A stretch of DNA of 63,443 bases, the filler included, from Octopus bimaculoides (Eukaryota), in NCBI RefSeq assembly GCF_001194135.2. It is 4 parts of 2 records of this genome, joined end to end, with 100 filler letters (N's around TTAATTAATTAA, not from the genome) between each part and the next. Parts side by side here need not be neighbours in the genome. Positions count along the whole stretch, not along the records: positions 1 to 31,742 come from NC_068983.1; 3 more parts are not named here. One strand, 5' to 3'. This document shows, in pieces, positions 1-14,454 of this stretch. The notes below the pieces were generated by a model. The model worked only from the letters and a program-made list of their open reading frames with translations, was not told the origin of the DNA and ran no database searches. The position numbers and the translations under genes are program-made. Position 1 is the stretch's first letter. Every line of letters begins with the position of its first letter.

Positions 1-60
1 TGGCAAACTTATATCTTCTTTTCCAGTTAAATTCTTCACTGATATTGAAAAGGTGAAAAC

Positions 61-371
61 AAGCAATGTCAATTCTCTAAATGAAGTATTAACAGTAACT
101 GCACGATAAAGTGTAGTATATTGCCACTTACGAAGGGAAATAACCCTGAAATCCGGATACGTTCGTGCTGCACATCGAGGTGAGAGGGATAACTTCCCTT
201 GGCAAACAGGACACAGTCGTGTGTCGATAAGCCAGCTGGAGGAGATGTCCTCCTGGGGCTAAAAGCAACAGTAACATCCACCCCTATGGGTCAGCCACAC
301 TTAAGTGGCAATATACTACACTTTATCGTGCAGTTACTGTTAATACTTCATTTAGAGAATTAACATTGCTT
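61..371. repeat. 70-bp near-perfect inverted repeat (arms 61-130 and 302-371) around a 171-bp more GC-rich spacer
   Basis: The reverse complement of 61-130 matches 302-371 at 69/70 positions by manual alignment. Confidence 0.93.
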
Positions 372-1805
372 ATATATATATATATATACATATATGCATA
401 GGTGAGTGTGTATGTATGTATGTATGTATGTATGTATGTATGTATGTATATACTCCAATGCATATATTCACAAATACAACCGAACAGACACGTATGCAGG
501 ACCAGAGGTGCATATATTTCCTATTACCAATACCAATTCGAGAGGTGCACTGCCAAGAATTCATTTATCTATGGCGTCTATATAAGGTGTTAGATATAGC
601 CAGGGGAACGTATCAAAGTAAACTTGGAAAATTAAATTTCATTCGAAATAGATTTTTATCTGCTTAAGACTTTTTCTGAAATGAAAGAAAGCAGTGAGAA
701 GTGGAGAAGGAATGTCAGCACACCAGAGTGCAGTTATCAGAAATTGAACGGAGAAGTATGTAGCTGTGTATGCATGCATATTTGTAGTTATGTAGATATG
801 TATGTATGTATATATATGTACGCTAATGTGTTCACATATATATATGTATAAATATATATACATATATATATATATATAATATATATATATATATANNNNN
901 NNNNNNNNNNNNNNNNNNNNNNNNNNNNNNNNNNNNNNNNNNNNNNNNNNNNNNNNNNNNNNNNNNNNNNNNNNNNNNNNNNNNNNNNNNNNNNNNNNNN
1001 NNNNNNNNNNNNNNNNNNNNNNNNNNNNNNNNNNNNNNNNNNNNNNNNNNNNNNNNNNNNNNNNNNNNNNNNNNNNNNNNNNNNNNNNNNNNNNNNNNNN
1101 NNNNNNNNNNNNNNNNNNNNNNNNNNNNNNNNNNNNNNNNNNNNNNNNNNNNNNNNNNNNNNNNNNNNNNNNNNNNNNNNNNNNNNNNNNNNNNNNNNNN
1201 NNNNNNNNNNNNNNNNNNNNNNNNNNNNNNNNNNNNNNNNNNNNNNNNNNNNNNNNNNNNNNNNNNNNNNNNNNNNNNNNNNNNNNNNNNNNNNNNNNNN
1301 NNNNNNNNNNNNNNNNNNNNCGCACCTAATAATCAAGAGGGTTGCAGTTTGAGGAGTTAAGCGGCCAGATGTTAGGGGTGATGTGAATTGCCTGCATCCA
1401 TCGCCAATCGGAAAAAAAGAAGCCAAAGAAAAAAAAATCTGCTCAATACTATTTTTGTCATAATAAATGCAGTCTGTTAAAGAACTTCAGTCCATTGCTC
1501 TCTGAAAACCTGGGAAGTCAAACCTAATCTCTAGCTGGACATAAAACAATCGCAGGATATACAAACACTACTTATCTACATTGTGTATAACGTCATTGAA
1601 ACTTAATAGCACCCACATAAATGCATATCAAACAGCTATACGTAATAAATAAAACTGATACCAGTAGACCAATCGATTTACCACGTAAGACATCCTCTTC
1701 CGTCACCAACAATTTAAATGAGTTTCAAAACTTACGTATTGAGCTCGCTGAAGTCGATAAACTAATTACGCCAATAAAATTTACCATGTAGCATGTACTT
1801 TTTAC

Positions 1806-1975
1806 TCTATCACTCGTTTCAGTCACTTGACTGCGGCCATGCTGGAGCACCGGCTTTGAGGGTTTTAGTTGAACAATTCGACATCAAGATGTATTCCTTA
1901 AAATTAGTACTTAACCTATCGGGTTTTTTCACCGAACTGATAAGTTACACGAACGTAAAGGCATGAACACCGTTT
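1806..1975 (-). mobile_element. SINE-A, 3' half only
   Basis: Contains GACTGCGGCCATGCTGGAGCACCG and a downstream block shared with other copies such as 24990-25146 (opposite strand) and 61862-62060. Confidence 0.75.
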
Positions 1976-2067
1976 GCTATACGGTGATGAGAGAGCAATT
2001 ACAGAAACAAAATACACACATAGATGTATACATACATAATACGTACATACATACATACATACACACA

Positions 2068-2107
<40 letters not shown>

Positions 2108-5100
2108 NNNNNNNNNNNNNNNNNNNNNNNNNNNNNNNNNNNNNNNNNNNNNNNNNNNNNNNNNNNNNNNNNNNNNNNNNNNNNNNNNNNNNNNNNNNNN
2201 NNNNNNNNNNNNNNNNNNNNNNNNNNNNNNNNNNNNNNNNNNNNNNNNNNNNNNNNNNNNNNNNNNNNNNNNNNNNNNNNNNNNNNNNNNNNNNNNNNNN
2301 NNNNNNNNNNNNNNNNNNNNNNNNNNNNNNNNNNNNNNNNNNNNNNNNNNNNNNNNNNNNNNNNNNNNNNNNNNNNNNNNNNNNNNNNNNNNNNNNNNNN
2401 NNNNNNNNNNNNNNNNNNNNNNNNNNNNNNNNNNNNNNNNNNNNNNNNNNNNNNNNNNNNNNNNNNNNNNNNNNNNNNNNNNNNNNNNNNNNNNNNNNNN
2501 NNNNNNNNNNNNNNNNNNNNNNNNNNNNNNNNNNNNNNNNNNNNNNNNNNNNNNNNNNNNNNNNNNNNNNNNNNNNNNNNNNNNNNNNNNNNNNNNNNNN
2601 NNNNNNNNNNNNNNNNNNNNNNNNNNNNNNNNNNNNNNNNNNNNNNNNNNNNNNNNNNNNNNNNNNNNNNNNNNNNNNNNNNNNNNNNNNNNNNNNNNNN
2701 NNNNNNNNNNNNNNNNNNNNNNNNNNNNNNNNNNNNNNNNNNNNNNNNNNNNNNNNNNNNNNNNNNNNNNNNNNNNNNNNNNNNNNNNNNNNNNNNNNNN
2801 NNNNNNNNNNNNNNNNNNNNNNNNNNNNNNNNNNNNNNNNNNNNNNNNNNNNNNNNNNNNNNNNNNNNNNNNNNNNNNNNNNNNNNNNNNNNNNNNNNNN
2901 NNNNNNNNNNNNNNNNNNNNNNNNNNNNNNNATATACATACATGTGTGTGTGTGTGTGTGACTCTGTGTGTGTGCGTCCCTTAATGTTTTTGTTAATGCA
3001 TGAAGCAAAGACAAATTTCATGAACTTGTACTTGTGTAAGAAAACAAAAAGACTGACATTTCTTTATATGTCTGTTAAAGGCAACGTTAATTAATATATG
3101 TGTTGTATATCATTAATTAGAAGTAATTTTAATTAAGATACGGTGCCCGGAGGAATTTTAATTTTCTGTTCAGAAAAGTAAGTGATAACCGAAAAATCAT
3201 CAATTTAGTTTTCACTATATCGAGGCAAGTAACTTAATTTATATCAAAACAGTGAAGAATAAAAGCACGCAATGTGAGAACATTTTCAATTACACAAACA
3301 ATCAAGAATACAGTTTTGTAAAGAAATCTTTATTTAGATTTCTACTTCAATTTCACAAATTATATACCTTAACGCCGAGGTATATATATTGTTAATGTTG
3401 TTGATGTTGCTTGACACAACGTCAACCCCAGCTGAGCAACATTTGACTACAGGTATCGAGGACTTGACTACCACGTTTCTCTTTTTTTCCCAACATTATG
3501 CATTCAAAACTTCATTATCTGATGTGTCGCCTTTTAAGACAATACGGTGTGGATTGAGAGATATTTAGTTACTTCTTAGAAAAAATATAGTGGCCGCATA
3601 AACGTCCTCTCTTTAGCTGAGATAAATTTGATAGCTATACCTTGTTGGCATAGCGACCATGTACAGGTTTTGGCATTTATGTATACAAGAATCACTAAGA
3701 AGTACTAATTCCGTTAGAGGAAAAGAAGAACCTAGAAAAAGAAAAAAAACGAAGAAAATACATTGGACTGTCAATATGATTCAATATGTAGCACGCACTG
3801 GATGTGACCTACAGAAGGGATTTCCTCAGATCGGGTTTTTTGAAATTGTTATGTGGATTCACTGGTTAGATGTTATAAATCAGCTACTAGAATCGCACTC
3901 CAGCGTGTTAGTCATGGCTTCGCTAGAATTTCGGCACCATCTACGTGGTGGTACTATACCTAACAACACCATATAACAATGAGTAAAGCAATCAAAAAAA
4001 TTCATAGATGAATTTTGAAAATGTTAATATAAGCTTTGTTATTTGTAAACTATGACGTTGTTCGGTGTTCTTGCAACAATTGGAAGCCTGTAAAAAGACA
4101 ATAAAACGCAAGAGTTAATACCGTAGTAAATTACTCGTTCTAGACATCTTACAAATAAGAATTTTCGTTCACTCTAGATTTTCTTTTCTTCTCATGGAGA
4201 ACACATTTATTTAAGAGGAACCAGTCTCCGAAAGTAGTTGCATCCGTTACAGCGGAATAAAAGAAAAAGATGATTTGTTTCGTATTGGATTCCTATCGGA
4301 TTATAAATTACTTGCTTTCCTTACAAAGAAAGAGAGAAACAATGACAGATAATGAGACAAGGAAATACCAGATTCTTTAAAGCGTATAACACAATGCTTT
4401 GTGGTATTCATTCCGACCTTTCTTTTCTGACTCCAATCGTCCAAAGGTCAACTACGTCTTTCATTATTTCAGGGTCAGTTAGAATAAGATCAGTCCAAGT
4501 CAATGAATTAACAGAATTGTTAGGGGTCTTTTTTTGTAACAATGTACACATATCACTCATTCATTTAGAGGTCAAGCTTTATGTAAATCTGTGACCGGAA
4601 GTATCTTTTAAAAGCTTTATTTCTATCTGTAAATATGATTAGGGCTGGGAAACAAATGCATTCACAGGAAGTATCTCCTCGAGTGTGCACACATTTACGT
4701 GAACTGAATGTCATTAATATGTCAGTTGATTAATGAAGAAATCCTTAAACATCAACGTTTGATTAAATTCCAGATTCTACAAATATTTCATTTTCATTTC
4801 AATGAACTACGTGTCTTCGATTTCATTGAAAATCGTATTCAATTATTTAAAAAGATAAATCCGTTCAAGTAAAGATTTCTAATAAACATAGAGGAAGTGA
4901 ATGGAAGTACATTCTGTTCCTTCAACGAATAGGGTGCTTCTATGTATTTACTAAATATGCTGGAAATAGCAGCCAAGTATTGTTGACCTTAACCTTTCGA
5001 CTAAGTTATAAATATGGACGGTACAATAGATAATGTAAACCTAATTTATAGTTTGACTGAAAAAAATTTAAAATAGGAAAAAAAATTATAAAATAAACTG

Positions 5101-6734
5101 TTTTAGCTCAGATTCCGGATAGTCTTTAACATTGGTCAACCTGGTTATTAATTATCTAGAACTATATTGCGACAGCAATATTTAATCCTTTTCTCAAGAG
5201 GTGCCAGCATTTTTTGTTTACACTAATTGAATGTGAGAGCTCGAGCTACTAGAAATCAAACGGTAATTCTTGACGACTACAGCAGTGTATTTCGAATAAG
5301 TGAACGTGATTACCCACACTGCTATCTCGAAGACATAATTATGGAAAAACAGAACACAGTACAGTATTGATACCTCTGTTTATAGAAGTGAACCGTGTCC
5401 AAATTTCTTGTCCTTGAACAATAAACAGGCTTACATAGCAGTCATCCACTGCTGTCATTCTCCCTCACCTGGTAATGCAGAAAATTATTCATCTAAACTA
5501 CTGTGATTATTGTAAGGGGAAATGAAAATTAATTATGTAAATGTTCCCTAGTCAAATGAATAAATGATGAAAGTGAAGTGAAATGATACAGCACCAATCA
5601 AGAAAGCAATGACTCATATTTAAATCATATCTGAAGTGCCGAATACTAACTAAACATACTCTAAGCAAGCAAATCGCCTCATTTTAACAGTACCACTCAA
5701 TGGTAAGGGATCCTAATTACGGAATGTAATGAAAGAAACTGATCCTCCGCTGTCTTAGCCTATATACTTAACTATCATGAAAACAACGTTAGGAATGTTG
5801 CGCAGAACAGCAACATTGTGAAAGCATTAATTAATGAATACATTTTTAACTCCCGAAGGAATAATTTGACTACTATTTTGGAAAAATGAGATAGGTGAAA
5901 AGCTCTACATTTGAAGATAGGACGCCATCGGTTATACTAACTGCGTTGTCCAAAGGGTCCTCTAACTTATCAGGACTAGAGGATATGGTTTGGTTAGTAT
6001 TTCTAATAGGCTGCTTCATTCAATGGCTAGATTTTTGTCAGGTTTTGTCTCGCGAGTATTCCAATTTTAATTAATCGCAATTCATTAGTCTTCGTTTCTT
6101 CCCCCAAATTAATAATACAACATTTTTTCACCTCACTTATTAATTAAAAATGTCTTGGTTTGTACAATTTTGTATGTCAGCACCCTCTCTACTAGTTCGA
6201 TTCTTGAATTATTCTTGAAATGAAAAAGGAAACAATACGTAAACATCAATTTTTGGTAGACTGCTAAATAATGGAAGCAGATGAGAAAATTAAATAAATA
6301 TCTTTAAAGAATTAATCTCTTTCTAGGTTATTAAGATTGTAAGAATATGAATGAAAAATGTTTTTGTTGATAAATTGCAAAAAGTTGAAAGATTCATTTA
6401 AAATATCTGAAAATAATTGAAGTCATATCAACGTATTTTATCTTAGAAATGTAAATATTATAGATAACAAATTTATATATAGCTGTTGTAACAGCAGTGA
6501 ATGCTTAAGAATAATGGCTTCTAACAGTGGCAGAGGATTGATTGTTTTTTGAGCGGGAGGATAGAGTCGATTATCTGGATAACATTACTGTAGCTGTTAC
6601 TCAATTTCTCGACTAATAAGGTATGTTTGAGAATTGATCTTTCAATGAACCATTCCAGAAATGACAGTTGCCTCATATTTTAAGATAAATTATCACAAAC
6701 ATTACGTTATGACTTCAAATCACACCAAGGTCAT

Positions 6735-6862
6735 AATTTCCGTTTCATTATTTCGGGGTCGATAAAATACGTACCAGAGTACCAGTTTAGCATTGTGGTC
6801 AATGCCGTCGACTTACTTCTCACTCGGAATTGCTGACCCTATGCCAAAATTTGGAACAAATA
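6735..6862 (+). mobile_element. Degenerate SINE-B-related fragment (central domain plus tail)
   Basis: TTTCGGGGTCGATAAAATACGTACCAG matches the SINE-B core seen at 52480-52505 and 54710-54740. Confidence 0.65.
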
Positions 6863-8177
6863 TGTCACTGATATATTCTAATTGTGTCCTCTTTGTTTTA
6901 TGACATACTGTCTTGATTGGTGAAAAATTCGATACTTTTTATACCAAGTGTTATACACACGAAGAAATTCATTCTTTGGCTGGTCCCATAAAAATTAAAA
7001 ACCAAAAATTACCACGGTAAGATTGGAATCCGTACAGTGAGCCAAAACTTCAAGTTTCTCATCAGTATTGAAAAGTTCTTAGCTCCTACACATTATTGTT
7101 ACATAGCTGTTAACACTATCTTGTATTCTTCTATCCTTTGACAGGTGTTAATTATGGTCTGTTGGATTTTGCAGTTTTCAACAACACGAGGTTGATTTGG
7201 CGCTATTTCCGGTTCTGTTGCCGAGGGAGAACACCATGACAAGTCAATAACTGTGGTAAAACATCATCTTCTCCTTGCCGTTTTTAGTAATTAGTGGCCA
7301 TAAATTAATGAGTGGGCACCCATTAGACACACACTCATATATAATAGTCTATGTGCATAAATACATGTGTGTGTGTGTACCCATGTATGTATGTACCCAT
7401 ATATGTATGTACCCATATATGTATGTATACACACAAAAAAAAAAACAAACACACACACATATATTTGGAAGCGAAAAGGAGAGTGGAGATTTATTCACAT
7501 ACAAAACGTTTTATTAAACAAGTTTTCTATCGCATATATAATGATGACCAACGTATGTTTCAAATACAGCAACTACACATTGCTCCGTATATAAAACTAC
7601 GCCGATCTCTCTCGCCTATAAATCGTCAATTCTTGCATTTGATGACAAGAGAACGAATAAATCTGAGTACAGATGAGATAAAAGTTTTGTATTTAGTCAA
7701 TTTAGGAAAATTATAATCTTACTAATTTTGAATTTTGCACCGTATCATCAGTGTTGTAGACGAAGGGAAACGATATTAGACTATTTCTGAAATTAGAACG
7801 TTTTTTTCAGATGTCGAAACTTCAACTTTATACTTGTTATGCAGTGTAAGCCCAAGTTATATTTTAGTGTTACTACGGGTATTAAAATATTAGTAGAAAA
7901 TATAGCATACAGCTTCTGACCCAGTTTTTATCGATAAATTAATAATATCTAGCGATAATGGATATATAAATGGAGGTTGGGAAGGAAGCTTTTGATGTGA
8001 TATCACATTGCTGGATCTCGGAGCTCTTTTAAAAGCAGTAAATCCTGTAATTCATTCGCTTACGCGCGCGAATCAAGATGCACGTTCACACAGAAACATA
8101 CAAGTATACATGCACAGAAAGAAAATGTTAATAGGTACATCCATCAATCCATACATACATACACATATATGCATACA

Positions 8178-8226
<49 letters not shown>

Positions 8227-8302
8227 GTATATATATATACATATATAGTTTTATGTTTATATATTAGTTTGTGAGGTCATACGTCGGCAAATNNNNNNNN
8301 NN

Positions 8303-8346
<44 letters not shown>

Positions 8347-8660
8347 CGTATATGTATATATGTATGTATGCATACGTGTGTGTGTATGTGTGTGGGTGTG
8401 CATGAATGCATGTACGTATGTATGTATGCGAGTATATATCCAGTAATTTAATCCCATTTTTATCAATTGTTAAGAAGCAAAAAACAAACTGTTTGCAAGT
8501 AATCGATTTCCCATCTTTTACTAAAAGCAAGAAACATGAGTGTTTTATATCCTACTTATGGGATCATTAGTTCACTACCGTATACTTTGTGAAACAGCAC
8601 CGCACATGCGCGTGTATTTATGTATGAATATATAAACGCGCACTCACACATGTATATATA

Positions 8661-8697
<37 letters not shown>

Positions 8698-8801
8698 NNN
8701 NNNNNNNNNNNNNNNNNNNNNNNNNNNNNNNNNNNNNNNNNNNNNNNNNNNNNNNNNNNNNNNNNNNNNNNNNNNNNNNNNNNNNNNNNNNNNNNNNNNN
8801 N

Positions 8802-8836
<35 letters not shown>

Positions 8837-8845
8837 CATACATAA

Positions 8846-9520
8846 TACAAAAGACTATTGAACAACGTCAACCCTAACATACACTTCACAATGGGATATA
8901 ACCAAAAGGAGCTCTCATTCTCGGATATATTAGTTAAAAAAATAAACCTAAAAATAGAAACGGACGTATTTTACAAAATAACAGACGCTAAACAATATCT
9001 ACAATTTAATTCATGCCACCCAAGACACACCTTGGATGAAGGATATGCACTATAATGTCATAAAAAAAAAGAGAGACTAAACTGCAAGAACTCAAAACCA
9101 CCCTTATTGATACACTACCCAGTTCAGCTCATAGAAAATGGAATCAGACGTGCAATACAAATCGACATAAAAACCTTAAGAAAAGTTCAACACAGCGACA
9201 CATCTTCCCCGAAAATACTGCCACACATATCCACATACGACCCCAGAAACAGAGAAGTTTTCACCATCATCACTTAAATTCTACCAATGCTACATAAGGG
9301 CCCCAAATCAAAGGAAATTTTACACACACATAATATGATTAAAAGCCACGATCCTCAGAAGTCACTAAAAAAAGGCAAAATTATCTTTTAAATTAACGGA
9401 GGCAAAAGTGATAAAATGTGGTCGACCAAATTGCCCAACATACCCAAAACTTCTAGAATGATCAGTAGTACTTTTTAAAGAGGGACAAATATTCAAAATC
9501 AAATCTCAGTACATGTCCTC
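8846..9520 (+). mobile_element. Penelope-like element fragment: RT C-terminal region, linker and Cys motif preceding GIY-YIG; frameshifted
   Basis: ORF 8858-9055 reads NNVNPNIHFTM..ELSFSDILV..ETDVFYKITDAKQYLQFNSCHPRH. Other frames continue with KLQELK, HYPVQLIENGIRRA, LPHISTYDPRN and KCGRPNCPTYP. These match PLE motifs as recalled; not searched. Confidence 0.8.
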
Positions 9521-9626
9521 AGATTGCACTGCACTGAGATTGACACCAATACACTGAAATGTTCATATTAGAGCTTTCGGCGAGAATTCCAAGCAATACA
9601 GCATATCGTTTCCAAATTTCTCTTTT

Positions 9627-10079
9627 GTGAAAAAACTCGAGGTCACTGTCTCCACTGTTGGCCTTGTAATTGATGAAAATGGGACCCTTCAAGATAATGC
9701 CAAAACTATGAGCGAGATACTGCAGAAACAGTACTGTTCTCTTTTTATCAATCGTGATATGGCAGCCCTGGACGGTATCAGTGATGTTAATCGTCAACAC
9801 ACTGATGTCTTGGCGGCATTAAACCTAATTAAACACAATTCAGCAGTAGGCCCTGATACGTTCCCTGCTTGTACCCTGAAGGTGTGTCGACACCAACTTG
9901 CATCTCCTGTTGCTAATCTGCGGAGTAACTCACTGGATGCTGGTTATATTCCTGAAAAATTTCTGTTCCAATCTGTTGTCCCAGCTTTCAAAATGGGACA
10001 CAAGTCCCATGCAGTGAGCTACCGGCCGATCTCTCTCACCTCTCCTATCATCAATATATTCGAGAGGGTGGTGAGATAA
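9627..10079 (+). mobile_element. Non-LTR retrotransposon (CR1/L2/Jockey group) ORF2 fragment immediately upstream of the RT core
   Basis: SAVGPDTFPACTLKVC..LASPV..SLDAGYIP...VVPAFKMGHK..VSYRPISLTSPIINIFERVVR is the canonical GPD / YRPISLTS pre-RT block. Confidence 0.88.
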
Positions 10080-10414
10080 GGGCATAACTTATAAGTCGTT
10101 CGTTTTTAAAATTGGGGGATACAATTTCAGACAAATTTAGATAGTTTTCAAATAGGATGAAAGAATCCATAACGGATCACTTGTTGATTCTGGGCGGTAG
10201 AGTCTGAAAGCGTGTGTGTAATATAAAATAAAATTTTTAAACTAGCATTAGACAACGTGGTGGAAAATGAACGTTTTTGAAAGTGTGCTTAAATATTTTA
10301 AGGTGAAATAAATGTTGACAGACTGACAGAGGAAGTAGTGAGAAAAAAAGAAGAAAAAGTGATAGTTGTAAAGAGAGGAGAGATAAGGATTGAAAGAGAT
10401 AGTTCAGGAAAGTG

Positions 10415-10415
10415 A

Positions 10416-10481
<66 letters not shown>
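10415..10481 (+). repeat. (GA)n microsatellite
   Basis: Direct reading. Confidence 0.95.
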
Positions 10482-10482
<1 letters not shown>

Positions 10483-12688
10483 GCAAAGATAGAAAAGAAA
10501 GGATGAGATTCTCGCGAAAAGTAAAAGATTGAAAGTTTGCTAGCGTTAGAATGGCGAGAAAAGTTTAAAAAATGAGATTTTTAAAACGGAATAAAAAATA
10601 TTAAAAAATCGCCAAGAAAATTAATAAAAAAGCTGACTAAAAATAGAAAGGTAATTTTACAAAACCAACAACAACCACATGAACAGACAAAACACGAAGA
10701 ACAACAATTAAATAGTAAAATAAATGAAAGAAGATATGAAGGAAAAGGAAATAAATTAAGTTGCTATGATGGATTAGTTGACAATTGTGTCTCAGAAGTA
10801 ATTCAATGCAAAAGAAAAGGGGAAGCATTTCTGAGTTAAATTCATGTTATCTCTGATTGATTTATTGAAAAATAAGCGACCATTTTACTGATCAGTTCCT
10901 CCTGTACTATATTGTATGTCTGACCTAGACAGAGCTTTCGAAATCTCAAAGTTTTGTTTCGTTTTAGTTGGTTACTTTTCTTGATATAACTTGGCATGAC
11001 TTTTAAATAGAAAAGTTATTTTTGTAAACTCGGTTCAAATATCATAGCAGTAAAACGGCCAAGTGTACATAATTATTGGGTGGAAGTGAGTTTTGTTTGA
11101 AACTTCATATCTCTCCCGTGGTGTTCCGATTTTCTACTCAATTATTCTTCGTATACTTAACAATAATATAGAGAAAAGACACCAGAGTATTTAGTTTATG
11201 CAAGCGATTCTACTAATTGGCCGTCTCACACACTCATGTATACACACATACATTTATACACACACATACATATACAATCACGTATAAATACACAACCCTC
11301 CCCACAATCTCTAACGCACAGACACGCAAAGAGGGAGACGTATACATGTATCTACATATGCATAGTCCTTGTTATATATATGTACCGCGCACAAAATATC
11401 TCTCACACTCCTTAGGAACGATAATCTATAATGTTATTGGAGATCTTCCTCGGTGAAAGTACACTCTGACAAACACAAACCCATTAAAAATAATACGAAT
11501 CAGAATGTAATTCCTCTCTTCTCAAAAGTACAAAAAGAACTGAAAACTGAAATGCTGTACTACTAACGGGATATCTTCACCGCATCCAATCAAATGTATC
11601 ACCCAGTTTGTTGGCATACAGTCGGTCATCAATGCATTTAGCCGTCTACCACAATTGTGCTATGACCCCCACCGCTGTTTCCTGCTTTGGCATGGCAGTG
11701 GTTTCTGCTCAACCGAATTAGCTTGCAATCTGCCACTACTTTTATTATGACGCATCAATCTCACTAGTCAATCCACTTCATATTACTAGTCTATTCACCT
11801 CATACTGTGTTTTTAATCGCAAGCGCACCCGCTCTAATAATTACACTCAGATATTCCAAACTAAAATTTTGTCCTTCTGGAAACACCGCTTGGCTAAAAT
11901 TGTGTCTTCTAGCCAACGACAGGCATTGCTCTCGCGGAATGTTATCTGCGTTGACTTCAGACTTTTAGAGACCTTTCGAATACCACAACTAAAGTTTATT
12001 TCATTTTACCCTTATTTAACTACAGAAAAATAGATGGACAACGTTCATAGACAACTAGATAAGCTAAGAGATACTCATGAAAGCACTAACACATCTAGAT
12101 ATATAAGCACATCACAAATAGACAAAGATAAACCAATCACTATTATACACGAGCTCACTAGATTTCATATCAATATACCCTCGCTCCCATCATCTTCCTC
12201 TGTTACACACACATACTCTCTCAGAATAATTCTTCCCAAAACAGTGTCCTTTTCGTTAATATCTCCGTCTTAGTTTGTCCAGTTTATTCACATGTTCCCT
12301 CCTCTCCCGTACTTACAAGCCAAGCCCTACCATGGCCACATTTCAGTCCATTTCTCTCCTTTCTTCAACACAAATCTTTCTTATATTCTCCAACACACAC
12401 CCACACAATTTCAATGTCCTTTATATTCTCATAAAATCACATTCTCCGGCTTCCATTTTCTCTGCCTCTTTGTCGCTCTCACAAACGTACACACTCACAC
12501 TATATTTGCACGACTTTAACCCACCCTCCACATAATTCTCGCCTCCCATTCACACACTGATCTATTCATCTATTTTCAAATTTCCAATATAGTTGCTTAA
12601 TGTTGTATTTTTAGCTTAATTCGTCTAGCTAGTATTTTAATACTAAACACTAAATAACGGGTCTATGTGTGCACGCATATGTTTATGT

Positions 12689-12743
<55 letters not shown>

Positions 12744-12865
12744 NNNNNNNNNNNNNNNNNNNNNNNNNNNNNNNNNNNNNNNNNNNNNNNNNNNNNNNNN
12801 NNNNNNNNNNNNNNNNNNNNNNNNNNNNNNNNNNNNNNNNNNNNNNNNNNNNNNNNNNNNNNNNN

Positions 12866-12924
<59 letters not shown>

Positions 12925-14032
12925 ATGTATATGTATGTATATGTATATGCATATATACACTCATACATACATATATATGCACACACATCATACAGTTATA
13001 TTATGTATATTATATATATATATATATATATCTACATATCTCTCTATATATATATATCTACATATCTATATATATTCATATATATAAATGCATGAATGCA
13101 CATATACATAAACATACTGACACACACACATGCACACACACACGTGTACAGACATCGACATATACATGCACGCGCATACATATACACTTACGCATACATC
13201 AAAATCATACGCGTGTGCTGGTGTATATGTATATGTTTGTATGTAAGTCTACATTTATATTTGTCTGAAGTCGTATACACAGGCCATCATATAAAGCACT
13301 ACACACACAGGCACACGCATACACACATATTAAAAATGTGCATATTTTTTCAATTGATATTTTTCGCTCTTAGTACAACGATGTAAACATCTTGAAGCCT
13401 CTTATTACTATGAATGTGTTATTTTCTTAGCACGATCTCAAGTTATACAGACAACGAAAAAAAATTTTAAAGTACTACTTATATAATGCTTCTTAGTTTC
13501 TACAATATGCCTTGTCATCAGAAACAGAAACATGTATACAAACACATATTCACACAAACATACATACATGCACACAAGCATACATACTTATGTATATATG
13601 TATATATGTGTGTCTGTGTTCTATATANNNNNNNNNNNNNNNNNNNNNNNNNNNNNNNNNNNNNNNNNNNNNNNNNNNNNNNNNNNNNNNNNNNNNNNNN
13701 NNNNNNNNNNNNNNNNNNNNNNNNNNNNNNNNNNNNNNNNNNNNNNNNNNNNNNNNNNNNNNNNNNNNNNNNNNNNNNNNNNNNNNNNNNNNNNNNNNNN
13801 NNNNNNNNNNNNNNNNNNNNNNNNNNNNNNNNNNNNNNNNNNNNNNNNNNNNNNNNNNNNNNNNNNNNNNNNNNNNNNNNNNNNNNNNNNNNNNNNNNNN
13901 NNNNNNNNNNNNNNNNNNNNNNNNNNNNNNNNNNNNNNNNNNNNNNNNNNNNNNNNNNNNNNNNNNNNNNNNNNNNNNNNNNTATATATATATATATATA
14001 TATATATATAGATATAGATATATATATATATG

Positions 14033-14063
<31 letters not shown>

Positions 14064-14454
14064 GTATCACATGGGAATATAACGTTATAGCAGCAATAAA
14101 GAATCCCACTCATCTAGATGCGTTTTCTAATGCATATATAGAATAACATTTTGAATTTCTTAACGGATTCGCCTCTTATCTTTTACATTTGTTATCGTAA
14201 CCCATCGTGATATTTATTTATTTCCAGTTTAGTTTAAAATCTATTTTTCATTTTAAATGTTATATTCTGAAATTTGAAATTATTAAGCAATAATTTGCAA
14301 TTCGAAAGCATATAAAATCATTTTTTTTTCTCTGATTAGAAAATGCTCACTCTCTCTCTCTCTCTCTCTGTCCCTCTCTATCTCTTTCTCTCTCTCTCAC
14401 TTCTCTTCACCGTAGACAGAAGCTAAGAATCACAGGAAAACTTATTTTATCTTT

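Noticed and set aside
639-3094. Long ORFs of 200-460 aa here and at 13486-14113, 15118-16347, 21307-22855, 33445-34506 and 54765-57208
   Set aside because: They are mostly X from N-gaps plus YI/HT/CV runs from microsatellites. Only the PLE segment at 15941-16290 has real coding character.
4371-4629. Minus-strand candidate exon with AG/GT borders
   Set aside because: Stop codons occur in all three frames across the interval, and the peptide (..SLTWTDLILTDPEIMKDVVDLW..) is not recognised.
11560-12030. Possible RTE-LINE 3' remnant on the minus strand
   Set aside because: Only an isolated KWID-like word matches, which is not enough to call.
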